DNA from: Trichosphaerium sp. ATCC 40318
Taxonomy: Eukaryota > Protista > Tubulinea
NCBI GenBank assembly: GCA_038496445.1
Contig: JALMLS010000279.1
Location: 62,001 to 126,000, forward strand
Length of the DNA stretch: 64,000 nucleotides
Direction: 5' to 3'
The notes under the pieces are model-generated. The model was given only the letters and a program-made list of their open reading frames with translations, was not told the DNA's origin and ran no database searches. Below are positions 1-12,829 of the stretch, one piece after another (position 1 is the stretch's first letter; each line of letters begins with the position of its first letter). The translations under genes and the position numbers were made by a program.

Positions 1-69
1 ACAGAGAATAGCGAAGCTACACCTGAAGGTGACGCTGAACCGGAAGAAAAGGGTAGCAGCACAGCTTAA
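1..69 (+). CDS. 3' end of an upstream gene (acidic C-terminus TENSEATPEGDAEPEEKGSSTA*)
   Basis: Open frame from base 1 to TAA at 67-69 with coding-like composition, followed by a T-rich 3' region. Confidence 0.55.
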   Translation, partial: TENSEATPEGDAEPEEKGSSTA

Positions 70-270
70 GCTCTCTTTTTTGTAAGTAAATCGAAATGTA
101 TTTGTCTCCGAGAATTTTTAGTACTGCCTGAGCAAAAATCACTCCAGTACTTGTAGTTCACCATATAAACAGTGAACTATTTTACGATTTTCGCTTTTCT
201 TGTGCGACTTAACCCACCAGATTAAGAGCTGTACTTCCTTTTTGAGCAACTCACAGAAATTGCAAACCTA

Positions 271-912
271 ATGCAACAACACCTTTTACTCACTTTACTC
301 GCACTATGCGCTCTAGTAAGCGTATGTTCTGCCCGCCAGTCGTGGCAAGAACTCCAACGTAACTATCGCTCCTACAGCAAACAAAGATATGGTGCTAGCC
401 ACAAACCACTGAAGTGGGGCAATACATACAAACCAAGCGGAGATTACCACACCAAAACATACGGCCAGCGCCCTCGTCTTAGCTGGAGCAACTTTAGAAA
501 TACTAGAGCAAGACCAACCCGTGCAACGCCTGTTTACACTGAGGATAGAGATAACTTTGAGCAAGAAGAACGAAGCGACTACAGAGAACCTGAGCAAAGA
601 GAAGAACCTGTCTTTAGACAAAGAGAACCAGTGCGTAGGTACCAAGAACCACGCGAAGAACCACAACCTGATTTCAGACAACGCGAACAACGTCAACCAG
701 AATTCGACCAACGTCAACCACAATTTGACCAAGAAGACTTCATTCCAGATGATTTTCAAGGTGAATTGATAGATGAATTGGGCTTTGACCCTAACGACAT
801 GGATGATGACTTCTACGGTGACGAAGGTGATGACATTCCTGAAGACACTGGTTTCCGTGGTCTTAGAGGAGACTCAGGCTCAGAACCACGTCCAAGACGC
901 TCTTTTTACTAA
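271..912 (+). CDS. Intronless secreted low-complexity protein (signal peptide; basic, then repeat, then acidic regions)
   Basis: 213-aa ATG-TAA ORF. Hydrophobic N-terminus LLLTLLALCALVSVCSA, REPxxRQ and QPxFDQR repeats, D/E-rich tail. Confidence 0.8.
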   Translation: MQQHLLLTLLALCALVSVCSARQSWQELQRNYRSYSKQRYGASHKPLKWGNTYKPSGDYHTKTYGQRPRLSWSNFRNTRARPTRATPVYTEDRDNFEQEERSDYREPEQREEPVFRQREPVRRYQEPREEPQPDFRQREQRQPEFDQRQPQFDQEDFIPDDFQGELIDELGFDPNDMDDDFYGDEGDDIPEDTGFRGLRGDSGSEPRPRRSFY

Positions 913-1860
913 ACTTTAAATAAAGCCTTGAATACACATATTCTTTATTTTATAACTCGTTGCAACCTTGCTATTTCATTGAAGCTTTTCCAGAGTTTAC
1001 GTAATCCTTGTGATTCTTCTTGTGAAGATAGTCAAAATTTTCTGCTGCGGATTATGTATGAGTGTGGCTTTGCCTCACAACTGATTTGTGCGCAAAGAAA
1101 CGCATTGTTTCTGTTTCCACATACTCCACATCAAAAGGAAGTTTCAGGCCAATTAATTGTTTCTTTGTAGTTACTTGCTTTACTCACGGCGTAGCCACAC
1201 TACAATAGACGATTAGAAAACGGACTTAATAGACCCTTTAAGACGATATCACGTGGCCACTATGTTTCCAAGTCATCACACAGCGCCACGCTGTTAGGGT
1301 AACGCACAGTCTTGCATGGTTAATTGTGATTCTTCAACAATATGAGCATACTATAAAGGACTAGCGAGTGAGTTGCCTAGAGCTCACAAGAAGTATGTAA
1401 ATATTCGAGAACAACACGAACATTTGCATTAAATTCGGGAAATCGTTACCCCGATGGCGGCGACAAGCCCTATACGTGCGTGAAGTGTGGGGACAAATAT
1501 CTTTGAATATGTTGTATGCGGGGTATCTAAATCTCCTTTGCTGGTTGTGTCAAGTTATAATTGTAGTTGTTAGCAGCGTACTACAGTGGCAAGAGTACAG
1601 TAAAAAAATCACATGTTGAGTGTAGACAAAAAAGAGACGGTTGTTTCACACGCTAGTATTGAACGGTGTAATTCGCTAGGTTCCAAACTACGCTTGTGTT
1701 TCTTGTTTTTGAAATGATACTTGTACACTAAAACATAAATTAGAATGCTTTTTTTGTTTGTTTTGTGAGACCGTTCTAGCGTATAAATAGTTCTAGCGCT
1801 ACAAGCGCTGTATTTATTATTTACAACGTATTTACAAGAGCTACCGGGTTCTAAGGGTTT

Positions 1861-2811
1861 TCAATAGCCTTCACCCGTGAAGCTATTTTGCACTCTTCTA
1901 AAGTCACAAAAGTCGTTGACCTGCCAGCTAAGTGGCGGTTTAGTATCACGTGACGGTTCGACTTTTACCATCATGACATGTGCGTGTTTCCCAACGCTAG
2001 TTGTGTTCTGTTTCTCGCTTTCTTTCTTTTTTTTTGTATCATGGAACGGTTCAATGCTATACCGAGGAGCGTTGGCTTTTGCTGGAGATGGTTTTGCACC
2101 TTTTCCCGGGAGATAAAGCGGAGAATTCATGCATCTCGTAATGGTTCTACTAACTCTTGGTCGCTTTCTTTGTTTGAGAATAGGATGTCCAACTAGTATT
2201 TGAGGTACTTGAGTAGGAGGCATTTTTCGTTTGTTCGAATTGTAGTGTATGGTAGGATTGTTGCTTGGAGAATGTTGTTGATATCTCCTTCGTGCACTCT
2301 TATTTTGCTCTTCCAAGTCTACATTTACCATGACCAAGGTGTTTTTAAGCTTCCGTATGGTTTTCTAATAGTGTAAGTCTACAAAAAACGGAGATATTTA
2401 TCAAAAGGGTTATGGTATGTTTTTTTAAACGAATTCTTATTTTCTCCAGTTACTTTGTTTTTCCCGTTTTGTACCCGTTGCGCAGTTATTTGTTCGTCTT
2501 TATCCTTTAGCATCGTTTTAAGGTGTTTCTCATTTAGTTCGTATACAGAAGCCTGATGCTTCCAAGAGCGCAGTAAATTAGATAATGTTGTAATATTTGT
2601 ATCACGTGTAGTGTTTTGGACTTGGTTTAGTTGTTTTATCCTTTTTCTCTCTTTTGTGAACGCGCATTAGCTAAATGATTTTCTTTTGTTTTCTACTACT
2701 CTTACCTAGAGAGAGAACCAAGTTATACGCTTTCTCTGATATTTCGACATCTTGACGTGTCTCTGGATCGGTAATTACAATAACGTTAACATCTTTGGTG
2801 CTTCTGGTAGT
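1861..2811 (-). CDS. Hypothetical protein with introns (coiled-coil plus basic low-complexity region); 5' end uncertain
   Basis: Last exon is the 1861-2337 ORF extended to an AG acceptor near 2366. Upstream exons (about 2475-2650 and 2706-2811) join through GT-AG introns. Confidence 0.5.
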
Positions 2812-3407
2812 CTAAAACATCATATCACTTAGAAAGGGAACGCATGGGATACAAAAGGACATAAAAAAAACGACGCTAGGAAAAAAGATTGTTGGCGGTT
2901 CAGTGCGATATCAAAAAAAGACAGAGGAGCTCAAAGGCTGTTTTTTAAAAATATAAAAGTAAGAATAGACGGACGTCTCAAAACTTTGTTTCAAATAGTC
3001 AGTCACGTGCCATTTTTGTTTCAGTAGAGAATTCTGCTGTTTATGCTATGAATTGCTGTTATTGTGTGATGTTTACGTCTCAAGAAGATAGACAACCTGT
3101 TGACGTGATGTTGTATTAGTGTGTTTGAAATGAAATGGGTGATTCGCTAGTTGTTCACATCGTGTGTGATTGTGCTATTATAGTAAACATTTTTGGGTTA
3201 GGTGTTCTCGCTCGCCGTCTTTATTGCTAAATCACGTGCAGGTGATTTGTTATTTTACATTTTGTTGGTATTTGTGGGGTTTGTTCTTTTTTTATCAACA
3301 AAAACAGAACTGAATTCTTTTGTGGTTCTACGATTATTTTTCGTCAGTTTTCGTTTTTTTTTTTATGTTGCCTCAACTTTCATTTATTTGATGAAATAAG
3401 AGCTGTT

Positions 3408-6187
3408 TTAAAACTCTGTTATGCTACCAGCACATATAATAAGTATCCTTTTCCTCTCCTCGTTCGCTTTATCACCCTACAATAAAAGTATCAATACGGT
3501 TTTGTCTTTAAAAACTGCATGGTGCAAAAACGGTGAGTGGCTGAGCCAACAAATATCTCCCAAATTAAAAATGCTCCCTTCATGTCGTAGAGCCTATACT
3601 TACAGAAAGCTGTCTCATGGAATTTTTAGAGAAAATAGAATATCTAACTCACAAAATTGAATGAAAATGGCAAGTGCCAAGTTCTGTTTTAACGTTCTGT
3701 TTGTAGCGCTTTATAGTCCACAAAAAAGATCACATACCTTCACGCGCCACGACTGAGCCTCACTACCTGTTGTTCTTTCCGCTAACCGTGCACAAAGAGA
3801 TGCCAGTTGGCCATAGTAGTTAGCCACTTCCTAACAAAAACTCGATTAATACACTATTGTTTTAACTCTAAAGTTCAATACGTCCACCTCCATAAAAAAA
3901 TAGAAACAACACCAAAAAAACAAACTAACAGCTAAATAATTAAAGCCAAACAAAACGAAAATTTTACCAGGGTAAACTCATAAAAATGACCTCCCTGTGA
4001 GAACGCAGGCAGTTTTTTTTTTCGTTTCGGGTAAATTATACCCGATTCCCAAAAAATAAAAGCGTACTACATAAGGGTAAGAAACAATGTGCTTGAAGCA
4101 CTCCAACACTCTTTCACAATGTCTTACACTGGCACGTGGGTCACCTAAAAAAAGAAATTTGGTAAAGGTAAAAAAATCGAAAGAAAGTTCGCACTGGGAA
4201 AATAAATGTTTTACACCTTTTCTTCTTGTTAAAAAGTGGGAACACGTACCTCTTCTGACAGCAAGGTTAACTCTATCTGTACTAGCCAAGAAACGAATCT
4301 GATGTGCTTTACATAGAGAGATATTGTGTTTTTCTGTTGTGAAGTATTGTTCTAAATGTTTGTACAATCTTTCAGCTTCAGCGTTCTTATCGTGAATATA
4401 GCAATCGTGAGCCTCTAGGAGCGTGCGTATAGCATCATCAACTTGTGGTTTGATGTCTTTGTGAAGAACAGTTTGTTTACAGGTATCACATAGCCAGAAA
4501 GAATTGTCGTCTTCTTCACTAGAGGACTCTTCTGCTTGTTGAGTTTCTGAATTTTCCTCTTGTTTTTCTTTTGTAGTTCCTTCTACGGCTTCTGTAGAAT
4601 CTTGACTAGAGTTAACATCATCTGTTACATCTTCTAATTCGCTTGTTTCTGTTTTCGGGTCATTTGAAGTCTGATCCTTTTTCTTTTCATCGTAGTTTCT
4701 ACCTTGTAAAGCGATAATACCATCGCAGCCCTTTTGAGGACACGTCCATCCCTTTCGACGTTAATTAATAACATGTGCACGCTATATGATACTTGCCTCT
4801 AATAACCTATCAATAGACTGCTCTATTGGTTCTGTACAGCGAATACATTTGCACTGACGAAAAAACGAATGTAAGTAAAAAAACTTCAAAGTTTTTTGTA
4901 CCGTAAAGTACTTCTCCTCTCGTAGTGTTCTACACCTAATAAGACGCGGTTGCATAATGTCTATATATGATATTGTTATTTCTTCATCTTTAGCTATTTT
5001 CTTTACAGCTCTGATACACAGACGTGTGGTGCCATGAACCGGAAGGAAATTTGCATTTGGATCACAGTCGTGGTTTATAATACTAGTGGTTTTATTAATA
5101 GGTTGTTTGTGGGTTGCTGTAATTCTTATATTTTGTACCTCGTTATAGGAAACAAACCAAATCCGACGTCATTGTCACCATCATTTAAAGCATGAGAATT
5201 GGAATTAACTCTACATGCAATGTCGATTAAAACCTCAATATCTAAGCTCTAAAATAAGCCTCCATAAATATTCAAACTTCAATGAGGTACCCTCTCGTGC
5301 GTCTTGATGAATAAGCGGTAATAATTGAGTGAGAGAACCTAATGTTAGTGTCATAACCAAAAGTTTTTCGCGTTAATTTTTTTTATTACCTCGAATACTA
5401 GCTATCCATTCTTTTGATACTGCATCTCTATGCGTCACTAGTTCCTCCATTTTCTGCCACCTGTTCGTTATCAATACCACGTAAAATTGAACTAGTATGA
5501 ACAACAACTACCTTGCATCTGTACCAGCAGCTTTCATTGCACACGTGCGTAGCACGAGAATCAACAGGTGTTGGTCTAAAATAAGAAAAACGCGTTAATA
5601 TGAGACCCTTGCCTTTTCTGTACAAAAGAGCAAAATAAACGTACCGGCATCATTGTCATATGCAATTTTCTCAACGGCTGCAAGTGCGTTGATGATATAA
5701 GGAAGAGTTCTGCGCGAGTGTTATTTTTTTTCTGCCGAAAACAATAAATGTTTTTGTACTTGTCTTTCTTCATTTCTGTAGGGTTTATGTAGTGTGTAAT
5801 ACCACTTGAAGGTGGTGAATGTCTGTTTTTGTTTTTTCTCGGGTTGTCGTATGATTTACGTGGTAAAGGCTTGCATGTCTGCCAACACACCTTACCTTGG
5901 CGTTAGAAACTCATTTATGAGATAAACAGGTTTCACAGAGTTTTGATAGGTGTAATTCTTACTTTGTTACCGAAATTTGGCGTTGGGCACCATGAGAAGG
6001 CTGTTTCTTGAAGTATTAGTTCTCCTGGTTCTAAATCTTTTGTAGCGCGTAGTAAACGCCCTAAAATATCATGAAAACGCGGAGACACATTTTAGTGTAC
6101 CCTTTTCGTCATTTTTGTCAACCCACCAATTCGCAGTTGTAGGTTTTTTCTTTTGATGTTGTTTTTGCCTGTTTGATTTGCCGCCAT
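3408..6187 (-). CDS. SMYD-family split SET-domain lysine methyltransferase with post-SET Cys cluster and helical C-terminus
   Basis: Spliced motifs GRLLRATKDLEPGELILQE, INHDCDPNA, IRAVRKIAKDEEITISYID and post-SET CKCIRC. ATG at 6187, TAA at 3408-3410, many GT-AG introns. Confidence 0.85.
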
Positions 6188-6323
6188 TGCGGTTATTCTT
6201 CTTCTTCCGCTTGTTATTACGTTTGCTCATCCTTCATTCGAAACTTAACGATTTTTGACGTGTGAAGACTAAATTACCACAAGTCGCCGTGCCAGCCGTA
6301 CAATCAAGCACGTCTTGTGATTG
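6188..6323. promoter_or_regulatory. Compact bidirectional promoter region between SMYD and MED21
   Basis: Divergent start codons only 136 bp apart. Confidence 0.5.
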
Positions 6324-7007
6324 ATGGCAGAAAATGAAAATACAGAGCCTGTTCAACCAAACAGCGCAGAATCTGGAGTTGATCGTCTGACGCAGCTACA
6401 AGCGTTCGTAGATGAGCTAGGTGACTATTTCTATCAAAGTATTGGGTAAGCCAGTGTAATGTGACATTTACGTTAATATTACGCAGCGCTATTCAACGAG
6501 ATGCGTTTCCAGTGCAATTTAACAAGGGAGATGGTATGACAAAGCAAAAACAATTGTTTTGCTTATTTGTACACCCTAGAAAAGGGCTACCTACACGCTG
6601 ATGATGATGGCAAACGCGAACAAGTCATCGACAAGGCATTTCTCAAGAATCTCTCGCAGAGCATTGTAGGTATGAGTAAACGCATAGATACTGCCATAGA
6701 CACACTACCAGGCATAAACAATACAGGTACACTACCTCATTCAATTAAATAATACGTTACGCCAACATAACGTTTAGAGAGCGATCAACTAGCTCGCCTT
6801 GAAGCGTTACAAAGGGAGAATGATGTGTTAGGCGATCAGATAGAAGGCAAAGCCAAAGAAGCCAACTTATTGCTGGAACAAGTTCGTGGTATTCTTGGCG
6901 ATATTGCAAGTGAACAGACGGATAAAGGTGAAGATTTTTTACCTCCTGACGAAGTTATGCAAGATGCTAATGGGATGGACATGGCGATTGATGCAATGGA
7001 GATGTAG
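6324..7007 (+). CDS. MED21: Mediator complex subunit 21 (SRB7)
   Basis: DRLTQLQAFVDELGDYFYQSIG, IDTAIDTLPG and QLARLEALQREN match the Med21 signature. Three introns. Confidence 0.88.
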
Positions 7008-7147
7008 AAAGCCAGAAAAATGTTGTACAAATAACCAATTACAAAAATACAAAAATTTAATACTCTTGACTTACTGGTCCATACACGTTGATTGAACAGA
7101 CAAGGGTTTTTCTTTTTGGGCCTCGTTGACATTAAATTATACTACAT

Positions 7148-10023
7148 TTATTTTTGTATGTTGAAAGTCTTTTGTGGTAGGTGTAATTCGGATTCCATGA
7201 TATTAGACTTTACTGCACACAGTTTATCAGGCATTGATAATAATGGTTTAGCAGATGGACAAATATCAAACGCAATATCTGGCCTATTGTACCAGTGAAT
7301 AACTCAATTACTTTAGTATTGAATTTATGTTTTTACCTGTAGTGCATGATTGTAGCCGCAACGCCATCAACATCCTCAGGGTCCCACCAAAAAGGAATAG
7401 GTACAACTGTGATACCTAATCAACATAATTAAAACGTTGCTTATTCATGTGAGTAGAAACGAACCTGTGTTTGTACTCATTTCTGCCTTTTCCCAATCAC
7501 GTGCTTCTTGCATAATAACAGATCCGAATTTTGCTCTGTTGTCAAAGTAATGATGCTCTCCTTGGTACTCCAACCCTACATTGATACTAGGAACGAAGAT
7601 ATCAATCGTTAGCTCCTTTCCAGATGAGTCTCTTCGAAGAGTGGTTGTATACTCTTCTATAACATCAGCCTTTGGCAAAATTTTATTGATTGCTATGTGA
7701 AGCGACCTTAACAAAATGGTTAGTTCATAAGACGGAGACTTAGAGCAAAACACGGTTTTAAAGTCATCAAAAAAATTGCAAGTGATTGGAGGTCAAAAGT
7801 ATTTAAATCTCATACCTTTGAACACATTTTTTTATGTATTCTCGTGATTGTAGTGCTTCCAAATCCCACTTGTGTTCCGGGTACATATTTACGAGAAACC
7901 CTGGCCAATGTGGTAATAAGCTTTTAACAGCTGATCTCTTTATTTTGTCTATTGATACTCGATACCAATCAGAAGCTTTTTGTATTGATAATGTCTTTTC
8001 AATAAACGATTTATGCTTCTTTAGCATCCCTTTATTCTTCCAAATCTTTGTAGGTATCTTATCTTTAGTGTATAGTTAGAATCAAACGTATAGAACGCTT
8101 GAACTCTAAAAAAAGTGGTCTAGGAATCCATGAGAGTAACGTACTGAATAAGAATGGATTTAAGTCTTCGTAAGGATACAATCCTTCAACTAATGCTTGA
8201 ATTGAATTGTTGTAATACCTATCGTATTTGTTAAATTGCTATTATTATAAGATCTACAGTACTGCAACAAAGTATCTCCCCTGTATTTAACTATTTGGTC
8301 TAAGGTAACATTATACCAGTCATCAATGACTTGTATATTTAAGAGTCTTTCAAGCTTAACAAAAAAAAGAGTTGGTTGAAATAGAAAACTCTTCGTTCAA
8401 GCACCTCAATTGCGTATGATATTCTATTACTAGAGGTGTTCCAGAATTGCATATTCACTCCTGTCCCTAAATAATGATGTCAAATAAAGGAGAAAGGGTG
8501 GTGATGGAATTACGTACTGAACCTCCAAGGATGCCAGTGAACTTTTGGAAAAACAAACTGAGCTAGCGAGCATACATCGCCACCAAATTGCCTATTACCT
8601 TGATTATAAAGGGCGAATTTAATGACACAAGTACTTCATAAGTTTTGGACCACCAACAGTTTGTCGTATATCAGCAGGAGTCACTGAGTACCAATCTTCT
8701 GTATCAACTAATTTTACTTTTCTTGCAAGCTTTAAAGTTGATTAGAAAGAAAGCTCAGTGGTACTACTTACTCTTTTTATCAACTCTGCTACCTTTGCAT
8801 TCGAAATAACGTTGCTCTTAAAGTGGTGTTTCAACCAATTTATATGTGGATAAGCGTATTTTAGAACATGAAACAACGAGCCAAAATATCTGAAGAAAAA
8901 AATAAACAATCGATTATTTACAGTGAAATTAAAGTCATGGTGAACTGACGTACATTATAATTCCCTTACCACCGTCTCGTATGAAATCATCAGAATTATA
9001 TTTATACCAATCTGATACTTTATGGATACGGTTGAGTTCTTCAAACTAGTGACATGGTCAGACTCTGTTGGTAAAGTTTTTTTTGTCTTCTTTCACAACT
9101 AGTACATGTTGAATAAAATCAGTCATATTTACGTCATCTTTCCAGTAGTTCCTTGGTGCCTTGTCTGATATTGAATTATGATAAAGGTAGTATAATTTCA
9201 CATATTATAACGTACTAAACTTAAATCCTTGCCAAGTATAGTGCGGATAAACGCTTGAAATAAGTTTAAAAAGTGAACTTTCATGAAGCCTTATTGTATG
9301 TCAAAACACAGCGTAAAGAATTGATACTATACCCCAACAATGATCTAATATTTGAACCCAGTGGCTTGAGCAACTCCATATTAACTTTATACCAATCATC
9401 CATGACTTTAAGATTCAAAATCTCTTCAGCCTTTCATGGTGTTACAAAAAAAAGAAAGAAAAAAGAAAAGGGCGTACATGCTGCAAATAGTCTCTTTTAT
9501 TATCAATACTGTCCCAGAAACTATGAGATACTTTATCTGTAACATGGTCACATCAGTAGAAGCTCATTTAAAGCGTTATCAACTGTAAAAACGTACGAAA
9601 TTTCCAAGGCACAAATGTCACTTCAGGATACGCAACCTTCAATAGTTTTTGTACTGAATTGCCGTGTTTACTGCACAACAAGCATTACTATGTATTCTAA
9701 CTATTCTAGCGCAATACGTACATAATAAGTCCACCGCCGCCTTGAGCTATAATATCATTGTATGACACCGTATACCAACCATTAGGCTTCGTTATACCCA
9801 TAGCTGTGGCAATCTATCAATACGTCAGGCTGTTTGTAATTATACATTACTGTCAGTTGAGTACACTGTCCATGAACGCTCTAATGTTATCGCGTGACCT
9901 CCAAAAACCTTTTTTAACTGATATTCCATGATTGCGTCTTGCTTCAGCCTTAGCTAGTCGTGAAGCCTCATTCTTGCGCCTAGTTAAGCGTTTTGATGCG
10001 TTTGCGAGTACTTTTGCTCGCAT
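7148..10023 (-). CDS. Protein with six ~70-aa tandem FW/WY/YP repeats and a C-terminal PD-(D/E)XK (Vsr/RAP-like) nuclease-fold domain
   Basis: ATG at 10023. Repeats of the form FW...WYxV...GG.GL...S...L...YP...PWKF. C-terminus IEEY...LTIDIFVPSINVGLEYQGEHHY...RDWEK...GITVVPIPFWWD...RPD. Stop at 7148-7150. More than 15 short introns. Confidence 0.8.
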
Positions 10024-11816
10024 CCGTCACTAAACCATTTCTGACACGTACAACGCTTGGTAGCAACGAATTACCACCCAAGCGCCCTACTTATCAATGT
10101 ACAAATTGACTTGTTGACCCAAAAATTTTGAAGACGTTTTTTGCTTAGAGCTCGTGATAAACAATCTTGCTCAAACTTAAGCCTTGGGTGGTCGTGGCGT
10201 AGTTCCGGCGTAGCCATGAACAACATTCTAAACTGGCTACCACTGGCTAAGAAAATGTAGTGTGAAGTCAGAATTGCTGCAAAAATTGTCGAATTTCTGA
10301 CAATTGTGTCACACTGTACTTTTGTACAGTTTCTGCATATTTTTTTTAAAGTCCGCTACGCTAGTTATAGCCTACAACAAACGCTTAAACGGCCAAGAGG
10401 CCTTAGCCTTTAAACGCCGACCTCTCGGGATTGTCGTTAATCTTTTTTATCACGAATCCGGGTAAACTCCGCCTTTTTGTGGTTCACAAGCATGCAATAC
10501 AAACAAGATCGTTGGACATAAAATTTTATCATTTCCATTGTGCTTTTAAATACTGCATTTACTATAAGATCAGTTGCTACCTGACAACAATTTTTGCAAA
10601 AAAGAGTTGACCGAGAATATGAAGTTCTATGCATAGTCTATATTGGGAAAAGCGCACAACCACGTCACATGACACAACTCTTGTTTTTTTAGCGTAGTTC
10701 CATTTCACGCTAGAAAACAATGCACATAAACAATCATAACTATAAAACTAAATACTTGCAATCTATCTACACGAGATTTACTCTACAAAACAACAGTATG
10801 TTCTCTCGAACCAGAAAACATAACTGTACAATCAATGCTGCTGTTACAGTGCATCTAACTACAGATTTGCCAAATGGGCCGTATGCGAGAACAGGAGTTC
10901 AATCACTAGATGCAGTTGGAGCTGTCAGAGGTAATTTTAACGCTTCTGTGCTTTTAGGTAAACGATTGCAGGTCAGGCAGTTGATTTATATATTTCTCGA
11001 GAACATACATGTCAAGATGCTGCGATGGCTATACAGACAACTATTGGGATGTCTATGAGTAGAGAAGGCGACAAAATACAACAAGGGTCATTTAACACTG
11101 TGGTAACAGCTACTGTACTGAAAGTTATGTGTAAGGGCAGTGAAGTAGCATTTGAGAGTGGTTTGGGTGAGTCAGGCGTGTCTGATGTTACTATTCTTTA
11201 CATGAAAATAGATGTGCTGTGGGTGTCTACCATTAAATTTAGACGTATCAATTGTCGTTGTAATTTATTATAGCCGGTAACAATGAACTTTTCTTTGCTT
11301 TACCAAAAGATGTTTGGAACATAAGGAAGTCTAGCTTCAGCGATACCAATAGGCAATCAATACAAACTCGTTTAACACAAGGGCAATTGACGTGTTTCTA
11401 GACACTTTAAGAGCGAAAACTCTTCGCTTCTTAATGCCAAATCGATTTCGTAATAAATCTGGGACGAACCCTTTTTGTGCTTATATTCAAGTTGGGAGTG
11501 GATCCCTGCCAGTTTCTAAGCATATACCGTCTTCAAGAAGTGCGCAATACATGTTTTGTTTGATTGCTTTACACCATAATCGCCATCGAGTTGTTTTTGG
11601 AAAGTCACTCACAACTGTAAAGTTACCTTAGCGAGATGATAAAAGTGAGAGTATGTAGCTGTGAACTCTAAACACGTCTTAATAACAAATCCCGTTAGGC
11701 AGTGGAAAATAAAGAGTGTTCAAGAAAACGAACGCCACACATTTGAAGGAAACTTGTGAAAATAAATGTCACGTGTTTTCCACAGGAGAATTACGTTGAT
11801 GTAAAAAAAAGTAGTA

Positions 11817-12683
11817 ATGACGGTCAAAAACAGTCTTCTATATCTTTGTATGAACGCTTCAACGTTAGTTAACTTCTTAAAAAGCTATGTCTTTCTTGAA
11901 GGTGTATCTAATCAGTATACAACACAACTATGCGGACTTGGCGATTGTCCACCGGAGATTTTAACTCTTATTTTGAGCTTTTTGAACAGAAACCAGCGTA
12001 TTTTAGCTTCCATAGTTTCTCGTTTCTTCAATCAAATAATTCGCCATAATATTGGGTTTGAGGTATTAAAACTAAAGGAATCATCAGATTGTATAGTTCT
12101 AAAGGGCAACCCATTGTTAAAAAATACAAGAATTAATTGTTCATTCATAGTACTAGCAGATAGTGACTTGGCTTGCCTTTCTGGTGTTCGCTCAATAAAC
12201 CTTCAATTTGCACAATTTAATGATGAAGGCATAACGTCATTAGTATGTACGGAAAAACATTCACTTCGCGATATAAACTTGGAATGTACGAACATAACAG
12301 ATCTAGCACTGAAAGCTCTCACCAGCGTACATAAAATAAACCTTTCCGGTTGTCAAGGTATTACTGTCAAAGGAATACAAGCGCTAAGCAATGTGCACAA
12401 GATCATAGTAAGTCACGCTCAAGACTCGTGGCTAAAACACCTTGGCAATGTACACACAGTTCATATTGTTCTTGGTACATCAATAACAGATGATGGAATT
12501 AAATCTTTAACAAATGTTAAACGTCTAAAATTGCATTGGTGCTCAAAGATAACAAACGCATGTTTGAAATACTTGGTAAATCTAGAACGCCTTCAACTTT
12601 GCAAATGTAAAAATATTACAAAAGAAGCTATTGATACATTGGGTATACCTTGTCACTTTACAGTCGCAACAATGTACGGTTAA
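11817..12683 (+). CDS. Intronless F-box/leucine-rich-repeat protein
   Basis: F-box LGDCPPEILTLILSFL...VSRFFNQI followed by VHKINLSGCQGIT-type LRRs. Confidence 0.8.
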   Translation: MTVKNSLLYLCMNASTLVNFLKSYVFLEGVSNQYTTQLCGLGDCPPEILTLILSFLNRNQRILASIVSRFFNQIIRHNIGFEVLKLKESSDCIVLKGNPLLKNTRINCSFIVLADSDLACLSGVRSINLQFAQFNDEGITSLVCTEKHSLRDINLECTNITDLALKALTSVHKINLSGCQGITVKGIQALSNVHKIIVSHAQDSWLKHLGNVHTVHIVLGTSITDDGIKSLTNVKRLKLHWCSKITNACLKYLVNLERLQLCKCKNITKEAIDTLGIPCHFTVATMYG

Positions 12684-12829
12684 CAGCTTATTGGTTGCTT
12701 GCTTACACAATAACTCTTGTATCAAGTTCATCAGATTTCGTTTCGCTGTGGATGTATGAATAAAAATCATCTTTTTAGGTAGTGTAATTTGGTAATTGCT
12801 AGAAGCCTATCAGCACCTTTGAGTGCTTT

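Noticed and set aside
1-20. ACAGAGA resembling the U6 snRNA box
   Set aside because: The following sequence does not match U6 and reads as a coding 3' end.
313-769. ORFs 313-759(-) and 521-769(+)
   Set aside because: Shadow frames of the repetitive 271-912 gene.
10437-11631. Several 65-112-aa ORFs on both strands
   Set aside because: No recognisable motif or consistent splice model. Possibly a decayed gene, but unsupported.
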